Shown piece by piece: positions 26,142 to 35,456 of a stretch of DNA of 64,000 nucleotides (the first letter of the stretch is position 1; each line of letters opens with the position of its first letter). The notes under the pieces are model-generated. The model saw nothing but the letters and a program-made list of their open reading frames with translations. It had not been told where the DNA came from and did not search any database. Source of the stretch: an uncultured Aquimarina sp. (lineage in GTDB: Bacteria; Bacteroidota; Bacteroidia; Flavobacteriales; Flavobacteriaceae); contig CANMCO010000012.1 in NCBI GenBank assembly GCA_947496355.1, forward strand, positions 9,705-73,704. Direction: 5' to 3'. Both the position numbers and the translations under genes were made by a program.

Positions 26142-29100
26142 GTGAGTGCAACTATAATCTCGCAAACTTTTTTACAGTCTCCGCATCAGCAGAAACTGGG
26201 AAATGCTATTGCCCAATCCCAAGCAAAAGTACATTTACAAGGACTAATAGGATCATCGTTATCCTATGTTATTGAAAATGCTTTTAAGCAATCTGAAACA
26301 CCTTTCTTATGTATTTTTAATGATAAAGAAGAAGCAGCTTATTACCTTAATGATCTAGAGCAATTATTAGGTGACAAAAATGTGCTTTTTTATCCCGGTA
26401 GTTATCGCAGGCCCTATCAAATTGAAGAAACAGATAATGCCAATGTACTTCTTAGAGCAGAAGTACTAAACCGCATCAATTCTAGGAAGAAACCGGCCTT
26501 AATTATAACGTATCCGGATGCACTATTCGAAAAAGTAGTCACCCGAAAAGAGCTTGAAAAAAACACGCTGAAAATTGCAGTAAATGACACACTTTCTTTA
26601 GATTTTGTAAATGAAGTATTGTTTGAATATCAATTTCAACGTGTAGATTTTGTAACCGAACCTGGTGAATTTTCGGTTCGTGGTGGTATTGTAGATGTAT
26701 TTTCTTTTAGTAACGATGAACCCTACAGGATCGAGTTTTTTGGAAACGAAGTTGATAGCATAAGGACATTTGATGTAGAAACACAATTATCTACCGATCA
26801 GATCAAAAAAATATCAGTTATTCCTAATGTAGAGAATAAAGCTATGCAGGAAACTCGTGAGAGTTTTTTAAAATATATTGCTTCAAAAACTGTAGTTTTT
26901 GCCAAGGATATTGATCTGCTATCAGCCAGAATTGACAAAAATTTTGAAAAAGCTCATGAAGCTTTCAAAACATTATCTGAAGATATAAAACATGGTACTC
27001 CTGAAGAGCTTTTTGCGAATTCTGAATTAATTAAAAAACAACTTCTTGATTTTACCTTGGTAGAAATCGGAAACCGCCCGTTAACCAAAGCCGATTACTC
27101 TATAAAATTTGACACAAAACCTCAACCTTCATTCAATAAACAATTTGACTTATTAATTCAGAACCTAAATGAGAATAATGAAGAAGGTTTTAAGAATTAT
27201 ATCTTTTGCGTTAGCGAACAGCAAGCCAAGCGTTTTCATGATATTTTTGATGATGCCGATCTTGATGTAAAACAATACGAGACTGTTGTTTTTTCAGCTT
27301 TTCAAGGATTTATTGATCACGGCCAAAAAATTGCTTGTTACACAGATCATCAAATTTTTGAGCGTTATCATAAATTTAATCTCAAGAATGGCTATGCCAA
27401 AAAACAAGCCATCACGCTTAAAGAGCTTACCAACCTAGAAGTAGGTGATTATGTGACCCATATTGATCATGGGATCGGAAAATTTGGAGGGCTTCAGAAA
27501 ATAGATGTCGAAGGCAAAAAACAAGAAGCCATAAAATTGATCTACGGCGAACGTGATGTACTTTATTTAAGCATACATTCGCTTCATAAGATTTCAAAAT
27601 TTAATGGCAAAGATGGTAAAACTCCGCAGATATACAAGTTAGGATCCAAAGCTTGGAAGACGCTTAAACAAAAGACCAAAGCAAGGGTAAAACATATTGC
27701 CTTCAATTTAATTCAGCTTTATGCAAAGCGAAAATTACAAAAAGGATTCCAATATAATCCCGATAGTTATTTGCAACATGAATTAGAGGCGTCCTTTATT
27801 TACGAAGATACGCCCGATCAAAGTACTGCTACTGAAGCTGTAAAAGCCGATATGGAAAGTGAGCGCCCAATGGATCGCCTTATCTGTGGAGATGTTGGTT
27901 TTGGTAAGACTGAAGTTGCAGTTAGAGCAGCTTTTAAAGCAGTGGATAACGGAAAACAAGTAGCAATCCTTGTACCTACCACAATTTTGGCTTTTCAGCA
28001 TGCAAAAACATTTCGTGAACGACTAAAAGATTTTCCGGTAACGGTAGATTATGTAAATCGTTTCCGCACGGCAAAACAAAAAAGAGAAACTCTAGAGGGC
28101 TTAGCAGCCGGAAAAGTAGATATCATTATTGGCACTCACCAATTAGTTAATAAGAATGTAAAATTTAAAGATCTTGGATTGCTGGTTATTGACGAAGAAC
28201 AAAAGTTTGGAGTATCTGTAAAAGACAAACTTAAGACTATAAAAGAAAATGTAGATACACTTACATTAACCGCCACACCAATCCCAAGAACATTACAATT
28301 TAGTTTAATGGCAGCCCGTGATTTATCCACAATCACAACTCCCCCGCCCAATCGTTATCCTATCGAAACTAATGTAATACGATTTAGCGAAGAAACAATT
28401 AGGGATGCAGTAAGCTATGAAATCCAACGGGGTGGCCAAGTGTTTTTTATTCACAATAGAATTGAAAATATAAAAGAAGTAGCCGGAATGATTCAACGCG
28501 TTGTTCCTGATGCAAAAATAGGCATTGGTCATGGACAAATGGAAGGGAAAAAACTTGAAGGCTTAATGCTCTCGTTTATGAATGGAGAATTTGATGTCTT
28601 GGTATCTACTACCATTGTAGAAAGTGGGTTAGATGTACCCAATGCCAATACCATCTTTATTAATAATGCGAATAATTTTGGCCTTTCGGATCTGCACCAA
28701 ATGCGTGGACGCGTAGGACGAAGTAACAAAAAGGCATTTTGCTATTTTATTACTCCGCCATATTCTGCTATGACCGAAGATGCACGAAAACGTATAACTG
28801 CTCTGGAGCAGTTCTCTGAACTGGGTAGTGGGTTCAACATTGCCATGAAAGATCTAGAAATTAGAGGAGCTGGAGATCTACTGGGTGGCGAGCAAAGTGG
28901 ATTCATTAACGAGATAGGTTTCGACACCTATCAGAAAATCCTAAACGAAGCTATTGAAGAACTAAAGGAAAATGAGTTTAAGGAGCTTTATGAAGATGAT
29001 TCAAAAGAGAAAGTATTCTTAAAAGACACCCAAATCGATACTGATTTTGAACTCTTATTCCCCGATGATTACATCAACAACATCACCGAACGATTGAATC

Positions 29101-29507
29101 TGTATACAGAACTTAATGCAATCAAAGATGAAGAAGGGTTGCAAGCGTATGAAAAAAGACTAATTGATCGTTTTGGTGAATTGCCAGATCCAGCTGTGGA
29201 TTTATTAAACTCTGTTCGTATTAAATGGATTGCTACGGCTATTGGATTAGAAAAAATCATACTAAAACAGGGCAAATTAATAGGATATTTTATAAGTGAT
29301 CAACAATCAAGTTTTTATCAAAGTCCTGCTTTCTCTAAAGTGCTTCAGTATGTACAGCAAAACTCGGGAGTTTGTAAAATGAAAGAAAAAAACACACGCA
29401 ACGGATTGAGGTTATTATTAACTTTCGAAAACATTGATTCTGTGGATAAAGCTTTACATGTTTTACAACCTTTAAAACCTAAAGACATAGTAGAAATACA
29501 AAATTAA
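26142..29507 (+). CDS. mfd: Transcription-repair coupling factor
   Basis: GDYVTHIDHGIG (CarD-like domain), GDVGFGKTEVA, DEEQKFGV, QMRGRVGR, TRCF domain; GTG start. Confidence 0.97.
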   Translation: MSATIISQTFLQSPHQQKLGNAIAQSQAKVHLQGLIGSSLSYVIENAFKQSETPFLCIFNDKEEAAYYLNDLEQLLGDKNVLFYPGSYRRPYQIEETDNANVLLRAEVLNRINSRKKPALIITYPDALFEKVVTRKELEKNTLKIAVNDTLSLDFVNEVLFEYQFQRVDFVTEPGEFSVRGGIVDVFSFSNDEPYRIEFFGNEVDSIRTFDVETQLSTDQIKKISVIPNVENKAMQETRESFLKYIASKTVVFAKDIDLLSARIDKNFEKAHEAFKTLSEDIKHGTPEELFANSELIKKQLLDFTLVEIGNRPLTKADYSIKFDTKPQPSFNKQFDLLIQNLNENNEEGFKNYIFCVSEQQAKRFHDIFDDADLDVKQYETVVFSAFQGFIDHGQKIACYTDHQIFERYHKFNLKNGYAKKQAITLKELTNLEVGDYVTHIDHGIGKFGGLQKIDVEGKKQEAIKLIYGERDVLYLSIHSLHKISKFNGKDGKTPQIYKLGSKAWKTLKQKTKARVKHIAFNLIQLYAKRKLQKGFQYNPDSYLQHELEASFIYEDTPDQSTATEAVKADMESERPMDRLICGDVGFGKTEVAVRAAFKAVDNGKQVAILVPTTILAFQHAKTFRERLKDFPVTVDYVNRFRTAKQKRETLEGLAAGKVDIIIGTHQLVNKNVKFKDLGLLVIDEEQKFGVSVKDKLKTIKENVDTLTLTATPIPRTLQFSLMAARDLSTITTPPPNRYPIETNVIRFSEETIRDAVSYEIQRGGQVFFIHNRIENIKEVAGMIQRVVPDAKIGIGHGQMEGKKLEGLMLSFMNGEFDVLVSTTIVESGLDVPNANTIFINNANNFGLSDLHQMRGRVGRSNKKAFCYFITPPYSAMTEDARKRITALEQFSELGSGFNIAMKDLEIRGAGDLLGGEQSGFINEIGFDTYQKILNEAIEELKENEFKELYEDDSKEKVFLKDTQIDTDFELLFPDDYINNITERLNLYTELNAIKDEEGLQAYEKRLIDRFGELPDPAVDLLNSVRIKWIATAIGLEKIILKQGKLIGYFISDQQSSFYQSPAFSKVLQYVQQNSGVCKMKEKNTRNGLRLLLTFENIDSVDKALHVLQPLKPKDIVEIQN

Positions 29508-29645
29508 TTATATAACTTCAAAACATCGAAAATACCTATATTTATTGATCTGTCGGGTAAATGGCGGGTTAAATACGTACTAAAAAATTTGAGAACCTAT
29601 TTCTGAGAATTAATATTGCTGAACAAAATGAAAATCAACCAGATT

Positions 29646-30488
29646 ATGAAACAGCCAGAATTAGGTCAGAAAATTTCTGAACTCAGAAAGTCAAAAGGAC
29701 TTACGCAAGAAGAACTGGTAGAGCAATGTAATATTAGTGTTAGAACCATTCAAAGAATTGAAGCTGGAGAAGTTACCCCTAGAAGTTACACTATCAAAAC
29801 CATTCTAACTGCTCTAGATTATGAGCTTGAGAAAATACAATCAGAAGATTCTAATGTGGCAAAAGAGTTTAAAAAATTGTTTCTTCTTGATATAGACGAC
29901 AGTAAAGAAGTAGGTTTTCTTACTCGTCAACTTTCTATAGCCTGGATTAGTGGTATCGTTTATTTTATTTTAGGTTTTGCAGAATTTGCTATCGAATATT
30001 TTCGATATTTTGAAGATAGAATGGTAACAAATGAAGTAGTATATATTAGTTTAAAATTAATTATTCTGGCTTCAATTATTCTATTTACCCGAGGGTTCGT
30101 ACTTGCCGGAAAAATTTTCAAAAACTATCTGCTTCGAATAACGGCATTTATTTTTATTCTAATTGGTATTTTGTTTTATATCTATGACATTGTCTCGTTA
30201 TATACCACTCAGCTTGATTATGAGTTTGTAATTGGTGCAGAAGCGATTACTTATGGTGTTATTGGAATATTATTTGGAATCTCTGTTTTACGTCTTAAAA
30301 ATGGCCTAGGAACAATCGCAACAGTTACAGGTGTATTTGAGATCATTACCTACGCTTTTATGGTTACTATTATTTTATCTATTGTAGGTTTTGTTTTACT
30401 AACTCCAACCATAATCTTAGAAATTATTTTGCTCTATAAGATTTCTGAAATGTTGAAAGCAAAACAACAGGAAATCGACTCTGATTAA
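29646..30488 (+). CDS. XRE-family HTH regulator fused to a multi-pass membrane domain
   Basis: LRKSKGLTQEELVEQCNISVRTIQRIEAG followed by several hydrophobic helices; likely start MKQPELG (ORF track starts at 29616). Confidence 0.82.
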   Translation: MKQPELGQKISELRKSKGLTQEELVEQCNISVRTIQRIEAGEVTPRSYTIKTILTALDYELEKIQSEDSNVAKEFKKLFLLDIDDSKEVGFLTRQLSIAWISGIVYFILGFAEFAIEYFRYFEDRMVTNEVVYISLKLIILASIILFTRGFVLAGKIFKNYLLRITAFIFILIGILFYIYDIVSLYTTQLDYEFVIGAEAITYGVIGILFGISVLRLKNGLGTIATVTGVFEIITYAFMVTIILSIVGFVLLTPTIILEIILLYKISEMLKAKQQEIDSD

Positions 30489-30580
30489 TCTCAGTAAATC
30501 TTTTCATCGTAAAATTCAATATCATAACATTCTCAGGTTATGACTAACAATCCTATGTCTAATTTTAAATAATCTAAAAA

Positions 30581-31483
30581 ATGAAAAATTTAGTTTCTTT
30601 AGTAATCCTAATAGTATTTGGTATTTTAAAAATAATAGCGCAAGAACCAAATTATAATGTCGTTTTTCCAGAAACGTATTATAAAGCATATCTATCTGAA
30701 GTTAAAAAAAATGAACCTAAGAATTATGAAGATTTGTATCTTGAAAAAGTACGAATGCCTATGTTTCAGGACTTATTTATGCAAAGTGAATATGCTTCCT
30801 TTGTTTTTGAAGATCTTGCTCGACCTTCTTTGGATATTCCTTACTTAGAAACCAGTCTAAATGGAATAGCATTGCACAAAAAGGAAATCGAAAAAATAAT
30901 TTTAGATGCCCTTAATAAATGTAATGCATTAATCAAGAAAGACAATGTTACGATTTATATCATCCCACCAAGTTCAGAATTGAAGAGCATGATAAGAACT
31001 ATGAGCGGAGTCTTAGGTTTTACTGCAGGCAGTAAGCAAGTGATCATAAGTTTGGATACCAATATCAAAGGTTGGAAAGCAATGCTCCCCTACGCTATCG
31101 CACATGAATACAATCATGTGTATTGGACCAAAGAAAATTTTGCAAATCTTACAAAATGGACACTGTTGGATTATCTGGTTTTTGAAGGAAAAGGAGATTG
31201 CTTTGCTAAATTATTATACCCCAAAGTAAAAACGCCGTGGACAGAAGCTTTGTTAGAAGAGAAAAAAACAACATTATGGGAACGTATTCAACCGCAATTA
31301 GAGAATCAAGATTTCTCCTTTCAAGCAGAAATAATGTTTGGTTCGGAAAGATTTCCTCTTTGGGGAGGGTATACTATAGGTTATGATATTGTATCTCAAT
31401 ACTTATCAAAAAACGAATCCATTGCACCAGGGAACTGGATTAATTTTACTTCAGAAAAAATTCTCAAATCCAGTATGTACTAA
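30581..31483 (+). CDS. Secreted DUF2268-type putative Zn-dependent protease
   Basis: Signal peptide; AHEYNH (HExxH), LVFEGKGD, WGGYTIGY. Confidence 0.75.
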   Translation: MKNLVSLVILIVFGILKIIAQEPNYNVVFPETYYKAYLSEVKKNEPKNYEDLYLEKVRMPMFQDLFMQSEYASFVFEDLARPSLDIPYLETSLNGIALHKKEIEKIILDALNKCNALIKKDNVTIYIIPPSSELKSMIRTMSGVLGFTAGSKQVIISLDTNIKGWKAMLPYAIAHEYNHVYWTKENFANLTKWTLLDYLVFEGKGDCFAKLLYPKVKTPWTEALLEEKKTTLWERIQPQLENQDFSFQAEIMFGSERFPLWGGYTIGYDIVSQYLSKNESIAPGNWINFTSEKILKSSMY

Positions 31484-31506
31484 TCAAAGAAAATACGAGC
31501 ATAAAA

Positions 31507-31539
31507 AAAGCCCAGAATGAATAGTACATTTTGGGCTTT
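31507..31539. terminator. Probable bidirectional terminator
   Basis: aaagcccagaatg-aatagta-cattttgggcttt between convergent genes. Confidence 0.65.
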
Positions 31540-31556
31540 CAATCTAGTTTTTAGTT

Positions 31557-31730
31557 TTAGAAAGGACCTCCTACAGGTCTACAAAAGCATCCTGCACAGA
31601 TTAAAGGATAGCAACATTCTTGATCAGAATGACAAAAATCGTTTAGATTTCCACTTCCTCCATTAATGGATTGTTGTTGATTTTTGTCTAATTGATTTAC
31701 TCCTGATTGGTTTAAAATTGATTTCAACAT
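31557..31730 (-). CDS. Double-glycine-leader micro-peptide (57 aa) with 6-Cys knottin-like core, not in ORF track
   Basis: MLKSILNQSGVNQLDKNQQQSINGG|SGNLNDFCHSDQECCYPLICAGCFCRPVGGPF. Confidence 0.75.
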   Translation of the reverse strand: MLKSILNQSGVNQLDKNQQQSINGGSGNLNDFCHSDQECCYPLICAGCFCRPVGGPF

Positions 31731-31803
31731 AACTAATTGGTTTTAAGAATTACGTATTAAAGGTATTGTTTATTTATTGATTATTAGATTTTTAAATAAA
31801 AAA

Positions 31804-32709
31804 TCAATACTTCACCCGGCTCGAAATTATTCTTAAATTACTAGTGCCCGCATCTGAGACATATAAGGTTTTTTGGTCTCTACTTGACAAAATACCATTC
31901 GGAAAATTGAACGTAGCTTCGGATACATCTCCATCCGTATCTCCCAACGTACTTCCTGCAAAAACTTCAAAATCATCAGTTGCTCTAGGATTAATTTTAT
32001 AAATTTTATGTTCTCCTATTTGAGTGGCGAATAAAGACCCTTTGGCATACGTAAGAAAACCTAAGAAATTAGCATTAGGAGCTTCTGCCGGTAACTCTGC
32101 AATAAAGGTAACCGCACCATCTTCATATTTGTAGATTTTTCTGTCATTAAAGTTTCCGATATAGGTATTTCCTCTTCTATCAAAAGCAATACCCGCCGGA
32201 CCATTAATAGGAGCTCCTTCAAAAATTTTGGTAATAGTACCATCTGTTTTTAGAACATTAATAGTATTGGTGTTGTACTCTACAAACAACATGTTATCAC
32301 TTCCTGGAATCTTTTTGATTCCTGCCGGAGACACTGCAGGAAAACTGTCTAATAGATTACCATCACTATCATATTTAAAAATAGTATTTCCGAAATTATC
32401 ACATACGTATACTTCATCTTTACTATTAATACCTATCCCATTGGGTGAAGTAAATCCAGTTGCAAATACGGTTACATTTCCTGAGGGATCTAGTTTGTAA
32501 ACATCATCTCCTGGGAAATCAGATCCATAAATATTACCGTGACTATCTTCTGCAAGACCATCATAAAATGCTCCTTCGGTAACTGTGGAAACCGTGGTTT
32601 CGATCTCAGGAACATTTCCCTCTTGACAAGAAATCATAATTGTCGATACGTTTGCAATTAATAAAAGGGCAAGTGCCTTTTTGCTTAAAAATTTGATTGA
32701 TACTTTCAT
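31804..32709 (-). CDS. NHL/SMP-30-type beta-propeller lipoprotein
   Basis: Lipobox MISC; repeats such as SPNGIGINSKDEVYVCD, GPAGIAFDRRGNTYIG, FNFPNGI. Confidence 0.78.
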   Translation of the reverse strand: MKVSIKFLSKKALALLLIANVSTIMISCQEGNVPEIETTVSTVTEGAFYDGLAEDSHGNIYGSDFPGDDVYKLDPSGNVTVFATGFTSPNGIGINSKDEVYVCDNFGNTIFKYDSDGNLLDSFPAVSPAGIKKIPGSDNMLFVEYNTNTINVLKTDGTITKIFEGAPINGPAGIAFDRRGNTYIGNFNDRKIYKYEDGAVTFIAELPAEAPNANFLGFLTYAKGSLFATQIGEHKIYKINPRATDDFEVFAGSTLGDTDGDVSEATFNFPNGILSSRDQKTLYVSDAGTSNLRIISSRVKY

Positions 32710-32797
32710 TTCTTTTGATTTTTTAAAGTTTTTGTGAAAGTACTTTCGGGTATTTAGGAAATCGACCGTTTGGGTACAACCAAACCAATATGTATTC

Positions 32798-33922
32798 TTA
32801 GATTACATTTAGTTTTTTGATGTAATTGCTTGGCGTATCTTTTAACTCAGCTTTAAATGCTTTATTAAAAGTCGATTTAGAGTTAAATCCAGAATCAAGT
32901 GATAATGCAAGAAGTGTATGATTATGATGTTCTCCTTTTTGTACCTTTTCGATAAAAGATTGAACCCGATAATGATTTACATAGTCATAAAAGCTGCTTT
33001 TATGAATATTATTAAGAAGCCACGAAACATTATTAGCAGATGTATCCAATTTTTTAGCCAAATCTGATAAAGTGAGTTTATGATCTAGATATATTTTTTC
33101 TTCGACCATGAGCTTTTCCAGATTCATCTTTAGGTTTTCGATTGCTTCTCCTTCTAATCTTTCTTTATTTTTTACATTTTTCTTTTTAGCCCATGGCATT
33201 CTAAAAATACTGGGTTGTTTCAAACTATAAAAGCCGATTACATAAATAAAAACCGGAATGGAAACCCAAACTAAGTTATAGTTTACTACAGAGGTATAAA
33301 TTTGTAAAAAATATACCATAACATAGCTTATTAACCAAAGTACCATGAACAATACTATCGTAATTAAAAAAGATGATAAAAATGGCGTTAAGTTCTGAGA
33401 ATAGGATAGATTTTTCTTTTCTTCTTTTTTGTAAACTTTAATCAATTGAAAACAACGAAAACAATAGTAGAAATTAAACAAAAGACCACTTGATTCTATA
33501 ATAAAATATAACAAATTTAGTTTACCTTCTCTTCCCAGGATCCGAAACTCCTCAAAAGAAAACATTAATGTCCAAATAAAATAAATAATCATCCCAGCTG
33601 CAGGAATAAAATTAGAGACATGAAGCCTATAACTAGGTATTTCGTTAAAAACCAATCTTCTGCAGTACAAGTATAGTAATGGCCCAAAAACAAATATTAA
33701 CGTATCTACGAAAATTGCAATTCTAAAAAACCATTCACTACTCATAGAGCGAAAAAAGAATAGTCTTCCTGTTAGCATAAGGCATGCGATCAATAAAATT
33801 ATCGATAACACTTTATTCGCATTTCTATTTTTGTTTTGTATAATTTGAATCGTAGCTGCCAAAAACACACCTTGACTTATCCCTAAAAAAAGTATAATAT
33901 CTATAAAATCAAAAGATTGCAT
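32798..33922 (-). CDS. AraC-family regulator with N-terminal multi-pass membrane domain
   Basis: About 6-7 hydrophobic segments, then LTLSDLAKKLDTSANNVS and SGFNSKSTFNKAFK; likely start MQSFDF (ORF track starts at 33991). Confidence 0.85.
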   Translation of the reverse strand: MQSFDFIDIILFLGISQGVFLAATIQIIQNKNRNANKVLSIILLIACLMLTGRLFFFRSMSSEWFFRIAIFVDTLIFVFGPLLYLYCRRLVFNEIPSYRLHVSNFIPAAGMIIYFIWTLMFSFEEFRILGREGKLNLLYFIIESSGLLFNFYYCFRCFQLIKVYKKEEKKNLSYSQNLTPFLSSFLITIVLFMVLWLISYVMVYFLQIYTSVVNYNLVWVSIPVFIYVIGFYSLKQPSIFRMPWAKKKNVKNKERLEGEAIENLKMNLEKLMVEEKIYLDHKLTLSDLAKKLDTSANNVSWLLNNIHKSSFYDYVNHYRVQSFIEKVQKGEHHNHTLLALSLDSGFNSKSTFNKAFKAELKDTPSNYIKKLNVI

Positions 33923-33999
33923 GTAGAAGTAATTATATGGTTCATTCAAAACTACAGTATTATCAAGTGTCATTCGACCGAATGTACACAATCATACAC

Positions 34000-34359
34000 T
34001 CAAAAATGATAAAAAGCATCCTCAAGATGCTCAATCTTCGTGCCTAATTTATTCTTTATAATTGCGATGATATCAAAGCGAACTTCTACATCCAGATCAT
34101 TACTGGCAATATAATGATCAATAGTCTTTACCAAGGATTGAATTTGTTTTGGTTTCACAAAATCTTGTGGATTTCCAAATTCTGGAGTACTTCTAGTTTT
34201 TACTTCAACAACTACAATTACATCTTGTTTTTGAGCTATGATATCGATTTCAGACTTTAGGTAGCGATAGTTTTTTTCTAGAATATCATATCCTTTCTCA
34301 ACAAGAAAATCTACTGCAAGTTTCTCACCTTTTTTACCTAATGCATTATGCTCTGCCAT
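34000..34359 (-). CDS. yraN: YraN family protein (UPF0102, PD-(D/E)xK nuclease-like)
   Basis: LGKKGEKLA, EIDII, VEVKTR, VRFDII. Confidence 0.93.
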   Translation of the reverse strand: MAEHNALGKKGEKLAVDFLVEKGYDILEKNYRYLKSEIDIIAQKQDVIVVVEVKTRSTPEFGNPQDFVKPKQIQSLVKTIDHYIASNDLDVEVRFDIIAIIKNKLGTKIEHLEDAFYHF

Positions 34360-34361
34360 CC

Positions 34362-35258
34362 TTATATATATTCAAATTTAACCTCATCGCTATTAACACT
34401 AAGCAAAACTTCTGCTCCCATAATCAATGCTCTATTATCTTCGATATGTCCCATCGGAAAGTTAAAAACCACCGGAAAATCATATTCTTTTACGATGTCT
34501 AAAATTATCTTTTTAGATTTCTTCCCAAAAGGAATATTATTATCATGCATTTTGGTCATTCCACCTACGATTAACCCTGATAATTTATCAAAATATCCAT
34601 TCCGTTTTAAATTCTGTAGCATGCGATCAATATGGTAAAGATATTCATCAAGGTCTTCAATACATAAAATTTTGCCAGAGGTGTCTAAAGAAGACGAAGA
34701 GCCACATAAAGAATATAGTATAGATAAATTTCCCCCTATTAACTGCCCTGTACATGTTCCTAAGATATTCCTTTTAGAAGGAGAAACAGAATACGAAATG
34801 CTCTTTCCAAAAATTGTGTCCCGTATAGATTGTATAGATGTTTTGGTACCTTTATGCACATCAATAGGCATAGGAGCATGCAATGTATTTATCCCAAGGT
34901 TATGAATATGAGCATGTAATATGGTAACATCAGAATACCCAATAATCCATTTTGGGGAAACACAAAAACTGGAAAAATCAATAGCATCAATAATCCTAAC
35001 CGTACCATATCCACCCCGTGCACACCAAATTGCTTTTATCTCCTTATCATCAAGCATTTGCTGAAAATCAGACCTACGGTCTTCGTCTGACCCAGCAAAT
35101 TGATTATACGCTAACCCTATTGTTGAACCGATCACGGGCTGCAAACCCCATTGTTTTAGCAAATCTGTGGCAGCCTGAACTTCCTTAAAATCAATCTTTC
35201 TAGCAGTAGAAACTATTGCTATTTTGTCTCCAGGAGTAACAAAATCAGGGGTAAACAT
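34362..35258 (-). CDS. ldcA: LD-carboxypeptidase (peptidase S66)
   Basis: ARGGYG, IGYSD (catalytic Ser), GGNLS, IEDLDE, MGH. Confidence 0.9.
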   Translation of the reverse strand: MFTPDFVTPGDKIAIVSTARKIDFKEVQAATDLLKQWGLQPVIGSTIGLAYNQFAGSDEDRRSDFQQMLDDKEIKAIWCARGGYGTVRIIDAIDFSSFCVSPKWIIGYSDVTILHAHIHNLGINTLHAPMPIDVHKGTKTSIQSIRDTIFGKSISYSVSPSKRNILGTCTGQLIGGNLSILYSLCGSSSSLDTSGKILCIEDLDEYLYHIDRMLQNLKRNGYFDKLSGLIVGGMTKMHDNNIPFGKKSKKIILDIVKEYDFPVVFNFPMGHIEDNRALIMGAEVLLSVNSDEVKFEYI

Positions 35259-35456
35259 TTTATCAGTAAATTTTTATTTTTTAACAATGGTCTGATAGAA
35301 TTCACGAAAAAAATATCCATGCGTTAACAATTTATGGATACTTCTGGTATCGTTCATTTCTTAAAATTTTCAAATTAGGATACTAATTAACAAAGACTTT
35401 CGTTATAATCTATTATATTGTGTTGAATTTGTCCCTCAACTTTACTACTAAATCTT

